This document shows positions 10,268 to 19,650 of a stretch of 64,000 nt of DNA, piece by piece (the stretch's first letter is position 1; every line of letters starts with the position of its first letter). The notes under the pieces are model-generated. The model saw only the letters and a list, made by a program, of their open reading frames with translations. It was not told where the DNA came from and did not search any database. The position numbers and the translations under genes are program-made. The stretch spans positions 7,605 to 71,604 of the forward strand of contig JAYTHE010000011.1 in the NCBI GenBank assembly GCA_043732705.1, written 5' to 3'. This DNA comes from Candidatus Omnitrophota bacterium (GTDB lineage Bacteria; Omnitrophota; Omnitrophia; Omnitrophales; Aquincolibacteriaceae).

Positions 10268-11014
10268 TTACTTTATCGCGCGCGCTAAAACAATCATCTC
10301 ATGTCCGCCCAGGACATGGGATTTAAAAAATGTAAACATCAACTTATACAAAGGCTGCCAAATCCAAGACAACCTAATCAGCAAACGACTGCCGAAAGAC
10401 TGCTGCCATTCGGGCGCCAACCCGCTTTGACTTGTGCGCTGTGCCGCATTGCCAGTTTTTGACGAGGGGCCTTTTGAAAGCTTCAACTGCAACCATCGTA
10501 AAAAGGTAAAAACGGGATAGGTGAAATCCCATGCAACCACAATTTCCAGACCAACCTCGCCCAGCTTTTGCTTAAGCTCGGGCAAAGTATAACGGCGCAC
10601 ATGTCCGTAAAAATCATCGTCCCAGCCCCAACGCTTGGGATTGCTGGGAACAGCCAAAACCAAATACCCCCCGCGGTCCAAAAGCGACGCTGTCTTTTTT
10701 AACGCGTGCCTGTCATCTTCAATATGCTCGAGAATATCCAGCAAAAAGACGGAGCGGTATTTACTATTTTCAGCGTCAAAACTTTGCTGTTCAACAATCA
10801 CCGCGGGATAGGATTCCAGCTTATCTCTGGCAATCTCAATCGCCTCCGGCGACAAATCAATCGCTTTACCGTTCCAACCACGGCCCCCAAGAAACCGGCT
10901 AAAATCACCCGCCCCGCATCCCATATCCAGAAATGGCGGCTTCAGCTCATATTTTCTTATTATTTCGCTTAAACAATAAAAAAGATAGTTTCGAAAGGGC
11001 GGAAAATTTGCCAT
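10268..11014 (-). CDS. Class I SAM-dependent methyltransferase (type 11/12-like)
   Basis: Motif I FLDMGCGAGDFSRFL, followed by an acidic LDIL...D motif. Confidence 0.7.
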   Translation of the reverse strand: MANFPPFRNYLFYCLSEIIRKYELKPPFLDMGCGAGDFSRFLGGRGWNGKAIDLSPEAIEIARDKLESYPAVIVEQQSFDAENSKYRSVFLLDILEHIEDDRHALKKTASLLDRGGYLVLAVPSNPKRWGWDDDFYGHVRRYTLPELKQKLGEVGLEIVVAWDFTYPVFTFLRWLQLKLSKGPSSKTGNAAQRTSQSGLAPEWQQSFGSRLLIRLSWIWQPLYKLMFTFFKSHVLGGHEMIVLARAIK

Positions 11015-11098
11015 ATTTGCGTTCGCATGATAGAGGAAAGCATATCCACAATCAACAAAAAATCTTGCGTGCGGACTTACTGTGGACGCCTCTTTAAA

Positions 11099-12178
11099 TT
11101 ACTGGTGAGCTTCGGGGCCGGGCCGCAAAGTTTCTGCATTTTTATAAGCGTCAAAAGACATGCGCGCGCCGGCCTTTAAATTCATGACGCGCGGCTCATG
11201 CGGAATCCGGCCTAGAGAAATTCCCAAAATCTTCTTTGCTAAAAGCAGCATCGTATAGTTTTTTTTTCTCATTTTTTGGGACAGCAGCATAAAAAAATAG
11301 CCCCCGCCCCACCGGAGAGCATGCAGCGCATATTTTAGAAAAAGAAATATTCGAATCGAGAAACTCCCCATAATTCCATAATATTTTCGTGTAAAGTAAG
11401 CCTGAGACCGGCGGTACTCCACAAGCACGTGCATTAAATTATACCGGGCAGATTGGCCGCCATAATGGCAAATCGACGTTGCCGGCAAATAGCGCACTTC
11501 CCATCCCTTATCTTGAATCCGGCGGCACAGATCAATATCCTCGAAATACATAAAAAACCGCTCATCCAAAAGCCCGGCGTCTTCAAGCGCCTTACGCCGC
11601 AGCATCATGGAAGATCCTGAAACCCAATCCACGTTTTTGAGCGACGCATATTTTTCATCCAGATAGTCGCGAACTTTGTGATCGTTGATCGATAAACGGT
11701 AATGCATCATTTTTCGAATCATTTCAGTGCGAAGATTGGGAAAGTGGCCGCATGAAAGTTGGAAACGCCCTTCCCCATCGACTTCGCGGCAGCCCAATAC
11801 TCCGATTTCAGAATGGGAATCCATAAAATCTAACATAATGTCAAAACTGTTTTCAGTCAGGCAAGTGTCGCTGTTCAGTAAAAAAATATATTCGCCGTGG
11901 CTGTTCTGGATGGCCAAATTATTTCCCGCGGCAAATCCGACATTTTTTCCGGTCTCGATATAAGTTAGGTTTTCGCAGCTGGAACAAAAAAGCTGTTCTT
12001 CATTCTTTTCGGAGCCATTATCAACAACAATCACTTCCCAGGAAAAAAGCGGGGCGAACTTTTGAATTGATTTCAGACACTCGGCCGTAAGACGCGTGGT
12101 GTTGAAATGAACGATAATGATGCTTAATTTAAAGGATTTCATGCGTTCCATCATAGCGGAGTTCTGCCTTGACTTCAA
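11099..12178 (-). CDS. GT2 family glycosyltransferase
   Basis: LSIIIVHFNTTRLTAECLKSI followed by VIVVDNGSEKN and a DXD-like NSDT motif. 359 aa with a C-terminal extension. Confidence 0.75.
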   Translation of the reverse strand: MKSRQNSAMMERMKSFKLSIIIVHFNTTRLTAECLKSIQKFAPLFSWEVIVVDNGSEKNEEQLFCSSCENLTYIETGKNVGFAAGNNLAIQNSHGEYIFLLNSDTCLTENSFDIMLDFMDSHSEIGVLGCREVDGEGRFQLSCGHFPNLRTEMIRKMMHYRLSINDHKVRDYLDEKYASLKNVDWVSGSSMMLRRKALEDAGLLDERFFMYFEDIDLCRRIQDKGWEVRYLPATSICHYGGQSARYNLMHVLVEYRRSQAYFTRKYYGIMGSFSIRIFLFLKYALHALRWGGGYFFMLLSQKMRKKNYTMLLLAKKILGISLGRIPHEPRVMNLKAGARMSFDAYKNAETLRPGPEAHQ

Positions 12179-12876
12179 CCGGCCGGATATTCGCGCTCTG
12201 CGCGGTTATAACTCTCAATCGTTCCGATATCGCGGTGATAAACACCGTTATGAAACGTGAAAATACGGCCTAAATAATGTGGCAATACTTCGGTGCTGAA
12301 ATCGATTTGATCTTTTGAGAGGCTTTCAAGGAAACTAAAAACGGAGGGCTCCAGTATATAAACCGCGCCATTCGCCAAATTGCCGGGAGGATTTGAAGTT
12401 TTTTCATGAAAAGCCTGCACCACTCCGTGCTTATCCAATTCGACAATTCCGCAGGATTCGGGGGCTTCTGAAACAAATGTCATCATTGTAATTTCACAGC
12501 CGGCCGGCCTATTGCGATGGGCGCGCGCATACGCCTTTACGTCAAAGCGCGACAGATTGTCCGCGTGCACGAGCATGACCGGATCCTCACCAAAAAATTG
12601 ACGGTTTTTTAACAGTGTGCCGCCTGTGCCAAGAAGGTTTTCTTCATAAACAACCGTGACATTTTTTGCGTAAGGGCTTGTTTTTAAATAAGCGCGGACG
12701 GTATCCGCAAAGTAATGCAGATTAACAAGCATCGGAGTCACGCCGGCCTCGCTCAGCATTTGAAGCCAATACTCGAGCAGCGGCCTGCCGTGAATCGGAA
12801 CAAGGCATTTCGGAATGGAATCGGTCAAGGGACGAAGTCTCGTACCCATCCCCGCCGCTAAAAGCAATGCCCTCAA
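12175..12876 (-). CDS. Sugar-1-phosphate nucleotidyltransferase (short, HddC/ManC-N-domain-like; candidate heptose-1-P or mannose-1-P guanylyl/cytidylyltransferase)
   Basis: N-terminal MRALLLAAGMGTRLRPLT followed by PKCLVPI (G-x-G-T-R-L signature). The 233-aa single-domain size matches HddC-type enzymes. Substrate is not determinable from sequence. Confidence 0.7.
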   Translation of the reverse strand: MRALLLAAGMGTRLRPLTDSIPKCLVPIHGRPLLEYWLQMLSEAGVTPMLVNLHYFADTVRAYLKTSPYAKNVTVVYEENLLGTGGTLLKNRQFFGEDPVMLVHADNLSRFDVKAYARAHRNRPAGCEITMMTFVSEAPESCGIVELDKHGVVQAFHEKTSNPPGNLANGAVYILEPSVFSFLESLSKDQIDFSTEVLPHYLGRIFTFHNGVYHRDIGTIESYNRAEREYPAG

Positions 12877-14345
12877 CTCTTGATCTCCATCATCAGTTCA
12901 TTTGCGCTAAGTGGAATATTCCCGATACGCCCCAGCTGGCATGCGGCCGCGATTGACCCAAGATAAGCGGCCTTCCAAATATCCGCACCCACCGCCATTG
13001 CCATCGAAGCGCAGGTTAGCAAGGAATCGCCGGCGCCCGAGACATCTTTCGGCGCCGCATTCATTGCCGGCAACCGGTCGGTCAGCCATTTTTCAGAAGA
13101 AGATGTCGCGGCATGAATCAATAACCCTTCCGAACCCAAAGTTAGCAAAATATTCTTGGCTTTTGCTTTAACGCGAAGCATTTCCGCCAGTACAACTAAG
13201 CCGGCATTAAAATCACCGACTGATATTCTTGCTTCCCGCTCGGTGGGCGTAAGCAAAAAGGCATCGTGAAAACGCGAGACATATCCGATTTGAGAAGAAG
13301 CCTGGCTGTCTGCCACGATCATGATGTTCTTCGCCAGGCAAAGCGCAATAATTTCATCGACTAACGGCTGAGGCAGGCAGCCATAATTAAAGTCAGAAAA
13401 TATGAGCAGCTTCACGCCATTTAAACTTTTTTCAAGATCTTGGAATATTTTCTTTTGAATTTCACGGTCAATCGGATGCTGATGAAAATGATTTACCCGT
13501 AAAAGAGTTTTACCATGCGCGCGAAATCGTTCCTTGCGGATCGTCGGACGGCTTTCATCCGTATAAAGATGCGCTGTGACACTTTGTTTTTCTAATTGGG
13601 TTCGAACAAATTGCGCGGCTTCATCGTTCCCAACGACGGAAAAAAAACGCACCTCCGCGCCAAAGCCCTGAGCATGAGCGGCTACAATCCCCGCCGCCCC
13701 CACAAACCTGTCACGCGAAAGCGGCGCCACGGCAATTGTGGGATCTTCCTGCGACATCCCAAGCGGCTCACAAGTAACATACTCATCAACGATGGTTTCA
13801 CCGATCACGACAACCCGCAGCCCTTTCATTTTCTGCACCACAGTTTTTAAATCCAACATATTAAATTTATGGCGTTCGGGAAAATCTTTTGGCTTAACGA
13901 TGGTTGAAAAATTGAGGTTTTTAAATTCATCCCGCAAAAGGTCAAGCGAGGAAAAGCTCGCTTCTCCCGAACTGAAAAGCAGTTTGCCGCCGTAAGATTC
14001 AACGGCTGCCAGCTCAGAATTCACCTGACTTTCATGCTCTTGCCCTTTGACTACAAATTTTGGCTTAAGCTGTCGGATAAACTCTTCTGGGCTCGCTTTT
14101 AAAAGAAACGCAAAGTCAACCCAGCTTGTGGACTGCAGTCCTTCTAAACGCAGATTTTCAGGCAAAAGCGTAGGCGCATTATCCTGATCGGACAAAACAC
14201 CAACCACGAGCAGGTCGCCACATTGTTTCGCAAACCGGAGAAGGCGCAAATGCCCGGGATGAACGACATTAAAATTACCCGAGACAAATACGATGCGCTT
14301 TGCCTCACCCGCCTGTTTTTTAATTTCATTAATAATAGACTGCAT
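12873..14345 (-). CDS. hldE: Bifunctional heptose 1-phosphate adenylyltransferase / heptose 7-phosphate kinase (HldE/RfaE-like, with domain order reversed relative to E. coli HldE)
   Basis: The N-terminal domain carries the cytidylyltransferase-like HxGH motif (IVFVSGNFNVVHPGH...LVVGVLSD...VVKGQEH), which closely parallels E. coli HldE domain II (VFTNGCFDILHAGH...LIVGVNSD...VKGGDY). The C-terminal domain is a pfkB-type carbohydrate kinase with the DVSGAGDSLL signature. Confidence 0.75.
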   Translation of the reverse strand: MQSIINEIKKQAGEAKRIVFVSGNFNVVHPGHLRLLRFAKQCGDLLVVGVLSDQDNAPTLLPENLRLEGLQSTSWVDFAFLLKASPEEFIRQLKPKFVVKGQEHESQVNSELAAVESYGGKLLFSSGEASFSSLDLLRDEFKNLNFSTIVKPKDFPERHKFNMLDLKTVVQKMKGLRVVVIGETIVDEYVTCEPLGMSQEDPTIAVAPLSRDRFVGAAGIVAAHAQGFGAEVRFFSVVGNDEAAQFVRTQLEKQSVTAHLYTDESRPTIRKERFRAHGKTLLRVNHFHQHPIDREIQKKIFQDLEKSLNGVKLLIFSDFNYGCLPQPLVDEIIALCLAKNIMIVADSQASSQIGYVSRFHDAFLLTPTEREARISVGDFNAGLVVLAEMLRVKAKAKNILLTLGSEGLLIHAATSSSEKWLTDRLPAMNAAPKDVSGAGDSLLTCASMAMAVGADIWKAAYLGSIAAACQLGRIGNIPLSANELMMEIKS

Positions 14346-14364
14346 GTTTTACCTTAGCTTGATT

Positions 14365-15615
14365 TTAGCCGGCATAGTTTAGCAGATTACGGTGCTTCTG
14401 AATAAACCGAAGACAAACGCGTGACTTCGTGCCATAAGAATAATGCCCGGGCTTAAAAAGCGCTAAATAAACGGCGTGGAGTTTTTCTTGCTCTGCGGAC
14501 GGGGTGAATTGTCCGTCAAGCCGGTCCAGCATTTCCGCCGCAAGATCAGACAAGTCTTCGGAAGTATTTTCATCGGCGCGTATTTTGGCCCACTCATACT
14601 GCTGCGTGAAGAAGTACCCTCCCGCTTCGGAACTGAGCAATTCATCGAAAGTCAAATATCTCTCGAGGGATTCACTCCAAAGTAATTTAGGAATGCTCAA
14701 ATCACATTCGCGGACGCCCAGCGTTTCCACGGGAATCATATTCGCATTTGCCACGGGCACGCCGAATATCGTACTGACAAAAAATAATCCGGAAGTATCC
14801 CCAAGAAAAAACCGCGCCTTGGCGCAAAGCACGACATCGAGCCGCTCTGACTTAAGCGGATGCCGGGCATAATCAATCACTCCCGCGATTTCTGGCAATG
14901 GCGTCATACCCGGATCGCCCATGCGCACGCAAACACCGCCGCGACGGACAATTTCTTTCATTGCAGGAATGGCATTGGCTATACTCGCATTTCGATGGCG
15001 TTGAATAATTTCATTTTTCGGCATATAGCTTCCTTCGCGCACATGAACACAGACAAACCATTGATTCTCTTTCATTCCAAGCTGTGCCAGCTGCTGCTTG
15101 CCCCAAACCTCATCTTCCGCATTCAAAACCAAAACTGGGGGGCGATTATCCCAAAGTGTATTAATACGAAAAATTTCCTGGGTGCCAAAAAACTTCGAAA
15201 TATACCGCGATAGATCCTCCCTCATTACCCAGCGCCGGGACATCAGCTCGAGTATCCATGCCAAAATTGGATTTAAAACAACCGGAATAAATTTTTTCCA
15301 GTAATTTAATAAGTGCTGATTGGCGACGAAGCCTGTACGGGCCGTTATAAAAAAATGATGCCGTTTCCGTATTAATCCCAAGCGTTGCTCTTTGATAAAA
15401 GTATCCACATCAGCGGCAAGATGTCCGATATGCCAAGTTTGGACATAAAGGCGCCTAAAACCCAGCAAGTGTACGAGAACTCCCAGAGGAAGAGAAAGAA
15501 TCCAAAGAATTTCGAGGGCAACACGCTTCACACAGACACAAAAAATCCAAAACCAGCCGTATTGTTTAAGGCGGCTCCGGACAATATGCAGAAGAGTTTG
15601 GTTTTGGGAAAGCAT
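14365..15615 (-). CDS. Conserved protein of unknown function, paralogous to the C-terminal domain of the 25689..27803 product (possibly a glycosyltransferase-like family)
   Basis: Shares a conserved block with the 25689..27803 product: WFVCVHVREGSY...RNA...RGGVCVRMGDPGMTPLP...IDY...DVVLCAKARFFLGDTSGLFFV...GVP...N, against WFVALHVRGGSF...RNA...RGGWVIRMGDSKMQPLP...IDY...DVFLAGAARFFVGTTSGLSNV...GTP...N. The start was trimmed to the Met whose ATG shares 1 nt with the upstream stop (15615). Confidence 0.5.
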   Translation of the reverse strand: MLSQNQTLLHIVRSRLKQYGWFWIFCVCVKRVALEILWILSLPLGVLVHLLGFRRLYVQTWHIGHLAADVDTFIKEQRLGLIRKRHHFFITARTGFVANQHLLNYWKKFIPVVLNPILAWILELMSRRWVMREDLSRYISKFFGTQEIFRINTLWDNRPPVLVLNAEDEVWGKQQLAQLGMKENQWFVCVHVREGSYMPKNEIIQRHRNASIANAIPAMKEIVRRGGVCVRMGDPGMTPLPEIAGVIDYARHPLKSERLDVVLCAKARFFLGDTSGLFFVSTIFGVPVANANMIPVETLGVRECDLSIPKLLWSESLERYLTFDELLSSEAGGYFFTQQYEWAKIRADENTSEDLSDLAAEMLDRLDGQFTPSAEQEKLHAVYLALFKPGHYSYGTKSRVCLRFIQKHRNLLNYAG

Positions 15616-16829
15616 CAGCCGGCAGATTGATTGCGCCGCAGCAAGGATTGCCCGTAACGAATGGCAGGTTTTTCGATAAGAAGAAAGCTGACGGCACCCC
15701 ACAAAAAAATACCGGGAAGATAAACAAGCGGTAAATACCAAAAAGGCATTCCGGGCAGTGTTTTAAAATGTTGGTAGGATGCATCCGTACCTAATTGACT
15801 GAATAATGCTATTTCGTGAAAATTGGCCTTGATATAAAAAAACTGAATGATGTAAACGCTGTATGAAATTACCCCGATTAACCGCAGAGGGAGAATATTT
15901 AAAAATTTTCCGGCCCATTCCACATGCGGCAGAGCAGCCAGAATAAGCCCGCAGGCTAATCCAAGCCCAAGCGTATGTCCATCCATGTGCACTTGCCCTA
16001 GGCCCATAACAGCGCCCCAGTCATACTTAGGACCCTGCAAATCCATCCCTAGCAGCAAAATTCCTGTGCAAAAGAAAATAAGCGCCGATTTCTTTTTTAA
16101 AATCAGCGAAAACTCCGAAGCCGCGATACCAATAAAAAAATATTTCCAAAGAGAGAAAAAACGGCTCGGATAATCCGCTGCAACCATCGCCGCGATCATA
16201 ATCAGCGAAAATAAAACCATTTTTCGTCGGCCTAAAACAATGACCGCCAAAGGCAAGAAGGCATAAAAAATCATTTCAATATAAAGGCTCCATGTCGGCG
16301 AATTAGCAAATCCCCCGGGCCAATTAAAAATTGTCAGCATAAAAAAATCCGAAACAAAATAACCCGGCGCCGTAAAATTTGCGGTTGCAACATATTGCTT
16401 AAGCATTAGACAAATGATGACTGCAAAGACATAAACGGGATAAATGCGAAAAAAACGGCGGATGGTGTAATCACGCAAATCCTGCAGGCTCTTAATTGAA
16501 AGAACCGACCTGTAAATTAAAAAACCGCTGAGTACGGCAAACATCGGCACGCCCTTTGAGGCATAACCAATAAACTGCATAGGACGAAGAACCTGCGTGG
16601 AACTAAAAACAGGATACGAGGACCACCAGAAATGACCGAGCGCGACCAAGGCGGCCGCGAATCCGCGTAAAGTATCAAAACCGCGCAAATACTCTTGGTG
16701 TGGCGGAATAGGATGGACAAAATGTGGCGCAATAATATTACGCGAGGTCGGAAAAGCGAGCAGGAGCAATAAAAAATAAAATAAGCCGGAGGAAATAGTT
16801 GCGACGGGATAAGCGGTAATCCAGCTCAT
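15615..16829 (-). CDS. Acyltransferase family 3 membrane protein (OafA/WecH-like sugar O-acyl/acetyltransferase)
   Basis: N-terminal LRGFDTLRGFAAALVALGHF motif characteristic of acyltransferase_3, plus roughly 10 TM helices over 404 aa. Confidence 0.75.
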   Translation of the reverse strand: MSWITAYPVATISSGLFYFLLLLLAFPTSRNIIAPHFVHPIPPHQEYLRGFDTLRGFAAALVALGHFWWSSYPVFSSTQVLRPMQFIGYASKGVPMFAVLSGFLIYRSVLSIKSLQDLRDYTIRRFFRIYPVYVFAVIICLMLKQYVATANFTAPGYFVSDFFMLTIFNWPGGFANSPTWSLYIEMIFYAFLPLAVIVLGRRKMVLFSLIMIAAMVAADYPSRFFSLWKYFFIGIAASEFSLILKKKSALIFFCTGILLLGMDLQGPKYDWGAVMGLGQVHMDGHTLGLGLACGLILAALPHVEWAGKFLNILPLRLIGVISYSVYIIQFFYIKANFHEIALFSQLGTDASYQHFKTLPGMPFWYLPLVYLPGIFLWGAVSFLLIEKPAIRYGQSLLRRNQSAG

Positions 16830-17338
16830 TGATTTGCTATTTTCCGTAAATCGTCCGCAAACCGCTCTTTTTCCTGAGCAGCGGCCCAGGGTGCAAATTG
16901 ATTTCCGATAAAGGGCCCGCTAATTGTTTCAATAAAAACAGCATATTCACTTAAAGGAATAATCGTATGCCAACTTGCTTTGTTAAGCCGGAGCATGCGC
17001 TGCAAACCGGAATCTCCTGCTTTGAGACGGTAAGAAACCGTTTTTTTTCCGTCATCACTAAAAACCATGACGGCCATTTCTCCGCGCACAATGTGAAATG
17101 ACTTCCCCGATTTGAAATTAATATGAGGCACATCACAACTTTCGCGGGGCAAAGCGACAAGCATTTCATGCAATGAATCATCCGTTTGCGGGTGCAGCAA
17201 AATTCTCGCCCGCTTTCTAACGGCTTTTCTTGCGCGCGCAATCGTTTTGTTAATTAAATCTTCAGTAATTAAAACGACGGCGGACGCTGAGACTTCAACC
17301 GCGTCATTTAATTCCGCAAAATGATTTACTTCGGACAT
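16826..17338 (-). CDS. WbuC-family cupin-fold protein
   Basis: LLHPQTDDSLHEMLVALPRESCDVPHINFKSGKSFHIVRGEMAVMVFSDDGKKT matches the conserved WbuC core (NLHxsxdDpvqRMlnAl...PHrH...E.f.vlrG...v.FdddG). The size is small, as for proteins from O-antigen loci. Confidence 0.55.
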   Translation of the reverse strand: MSEVNHFAELNDAVEVSASAVVLITEDLINKTIARARKAVRKRARILLHPQTDDSLHEMLVALPRESCDVPHINFKSGKSFHIVRGEMAVMVFSDDGKKTVSYRLKAGDSGLQRMLRLNKASWHTIIPLSEYAVFIETISGPFIGNQFAPWAAAQEKERFADDLRKIANQ

Positions 17339-18354
17339 TGCAGTTTTGATTCCATTGCCTGGATTTGAGGATAAAACTCACTTCCGCCGGAAAGCTGTAC
17401 GCCATAAATTTCTTCAAAAATACGCCTGGCCTTTTCCCATTGTTCATCAGGAACCGTACGCCAACGGCCAAGAAAACTTGCAATCCCGAACTGCAATCCC
17501 GCAAAAAGTGCCGAACCAATTACTGCCGTTGAAAATTTGCGGTTTTTCAGGCCGGACGCATGGTCACGCAAAACATCGACCCCCACATCAGGCGCATTAT
17601 TCAGCATGCAAAAACTTGCTAGCTTTAAAATTGAAAAATCCAACCGGTCAGAATCGTTTGTCCATTGCTTCGCGCACCATTCAGGGCGGCGCATCCATAC
17701 TCCGTCAGCAGCCACTAAAACGCCGTAGCGAAAATCTTCCGGTTCAATCGGGTCAGGCTTGCGGAATAAGCCGAGACGCGGATAACCATAACCGCGGTAA
17801 TCTAAATTCAGAAGAATAAAACCTTTGCTGAGAAGATACTCATGTGTTTCCGAAAATAATTTTTGGCCGATAAAACAGGGCTGAAAATTACAGCTGCTGC
17901 GAATACCGAGAATATTCCGGTCCAATTGACGGGATGCGCCGATAATCACATCCTGCTCCGTACCTTCTGTATCCACTTTCAGGAAATCCAGGGCCAGATT
18001 ATTTTCTTCTGCCACGACATCCAAGGTTCGCGTACGGAGTTTGATCTCCTTCTCAATTTCTGCCTGCCCCGGCTTGAGCCGGCGAAAGCACTCGGATGTC
18101 AAATCGGGTTTTAAAAAAGAGCTCAATCCGCGATGTTTTAAAAGATAGAAAGTGCGCTCGCCTTCATGGCTGTCTAAAGCGGTTTCAAAAACCTTGAAAA
18201 GCTTTGCATCCAAAGTGCCGCGCAGCCGCTCGGCTTCAACCGTATCCGGTTCAAACATTAAATAATTGAGCGGCGCTTTATAATTTCGCCATGAAGGATG
18301 CATGCCATATCGCGCACCGACATCCGCAATCACCGTTATTTCCTGAGAAGCCAT
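17326..18354 (-). CDS. FkbM-family methyltransferase
   Basis: ITVIADVGARYG (DVGAxxG) followed by FEPDTVEAERL and GERTFY, which is the Methyltransf_21/FkbM pattern. Confidence 0.6.
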   Translation of the reverse strand: MASQEITVIADVGARYGMHPSWRNYKAPLNYLMFEPDTVEAERLRGTLDAKLFKVFETALDSHEGERTFYLLKHRGLSSFLKPDLTSECFRRLKPGQAEIEKEIKLRTRTLDVVAEENNLALDFLKVDTEGTEQDVIIGASRQLDRNILGIRSSCNFQPCFIGQKLFSETHEYLLSKGFILLNLDYRGYGYPRLGLFRKPDPIEPEDFRYGVLVAADGVWMRRPEWCAKQWTNDSDRLDFSILKLASFCMLNNAPDVGVDVLRDHASGLKNRKFSTAVIGSALFAGLQFGIASFLGRWRTVPDEQWEKARRIFEEIYGVQLSGGSEFYPQIQAMESKLQCPK

Positions 18355-18378
18355 TATTCCTCCGTTATGAATGCCGTA

Positions 18379-19650
18379 TTATGCCCGAGCATCGATGAAA
18401 TGAACATCCGGAAAAGGGATTAAAAAACGCCCGCCTTTTTTCAGATATTCGGTATTTTTCAAACGGATCGGTTCCGCATAACGCCAAGCTAACACAATCA
18501 CGAGCGCCGGATTGCGCGCGGCCAACTGCTCGCGGCTGACCACGGGAATTTGATAATTAGGCCCAGTCAAAGTCTTCTTGAAGGGCGTATCATCCACGAT
18601 AAAAGCGATTTTCTGGTTCAGATCAAATTGGTTGATCAGTGAAGCGCAGCCTACCGAAGAACCGTAAACCGCAATTTCACGGCTTTCTTTTTCCGCAGTC
18701 TCCACGGCCGCTGCGATTTTCAAGGCAATGGTGTTCAACTTTTGTGAGAAATGCTCATAGAGCGCCTGCGAGTAAAGCCCTGATTTTTCTTCAAGGGCTG
18801 AAAGCTCCGCAACACTCGGATGGATTGCCCGTCCGCCGCCGGCCAGCTGCACATAAACTCGAATTGAGCCGCCCTTCGGCCAAATACGCTCAGCTTCAAA
18901 AACCTCGAAACCCTTCGCGGCAAAAAATTTGATCAGCGGCTTGATAGAAAAATAAGTCAGATGCTCATGATAAATAACATCCAGCAGAGTTTTATCCAAT
19001 ACGTCCAGCGCATATTGCGTTTCAAAAACAAAAACCCCTTCCGGAGCGAGGCAAGTTCGCACGCCTTCGACCATATCCGTCAAATCATCAAGATTGGCGA
19101 GCGTATTGTTTGAAATAACAATATCCGCCCGGCCATGCTCCCGGCTGATTTCCCGCGCTAACGTTTCCGTGAAAAAGTCAGCCCGCGTGGGAATACCGCG
19201 GGCTGTTGCCTTTTCCGCGATTTGCCGCGCCGGATCAACGCCTAACACGGCGGCACCTTTCGATTTAAAATATTCCAGTAAAGTTCCGTCATTACTGCCG
19301 ATTTCAATCACCAGCGAATTTTGTTTATTTTTTAATTGGGATAAAAGAATATCAGCCAATTGCGAAAAATGCTCGCTGAGCCCTAGCGAAACCGAAGTCT
19401 CATACATGAAGGTGTCATACTGCAAATGAGGATCGACCACGGTGGTCAGCTGCATCAAACCGCAGGCATGGCAGGAATAAATATCAAGCGGTGCCGTGAC
19501 CCTCAGCAATTCTGTGATTTCCGCGCTCGTCTCGCCCACATTCGGCGAAACGACGGGAATGGGCTTGAGGGGTACGCTTTTGAACAGATTCGTGCTGCCA
19601 CAAAGCCGGCAGGTATTACGAATTGTGAAAGGACTGCTTTTCACTTTCAT
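18379..19650 (-). CDS. Sugar C-methyltransferase (TcaB9/TylCIII/NovU-like: N-terminal Cys4 zinc ribbon plus class I MTase plus C-terminal domain)
   Basis: N-terminal CRLCGS...CHACG zinc ribbon, SAM motif VIEIGSNDGTLLEYFKSKG, and a 423-aa length typical of NDP-hexose C-3 methyltransferases. Confidence 0.65.
   Translation of the reverse strand: MKVKSSPFTIRNTCRLCGSTNLFKSVPLKPIPVVSPNVGETSAEITELLRVTAPLDIYSCHACGLMQLTTVVDPHLQYDTFMYETSVSLGLSEHFSQLADILLSQLKNKQNSLVIEIGSNDGTLLEYFKSKGAAVLGVDPARQIAEKATARGIPTRADFFTETLAREISREHGRADIVISNNTLANLDDLTDMVEGVRTCLAPEGVFVFETQYALDVLDKTLLDVIYHEHLTYFSIKPLIKFFAAKGFEVFEAERIWPKGGSIRVYVQLAGGGRAIHPSVAELSALEEKSGLYSQALYEHFSQKLNTIALKIAAAVETAEKESREIAVYGSSVGCASLINQFDLNQKIAFIVDDTPFKKTLTGPNYQIPVVSREQLAARNPALVIVLAWRYAEPIRLKNTEYLKKGGRFLIPFPDVHFIDARA

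Noticed and set aside
16826-17338. Whether the cupin protein is RmlC (completing the dTDP-rhamnose pathway)
   Set aside because: Its conserved core matches the WbuC-family pattern (NLH...PH.H...G...V.F.DDG) and lacks the RmlC signature residues and dimer-swapped β-strand motifs that I know, so it is called WbuC-like instead.
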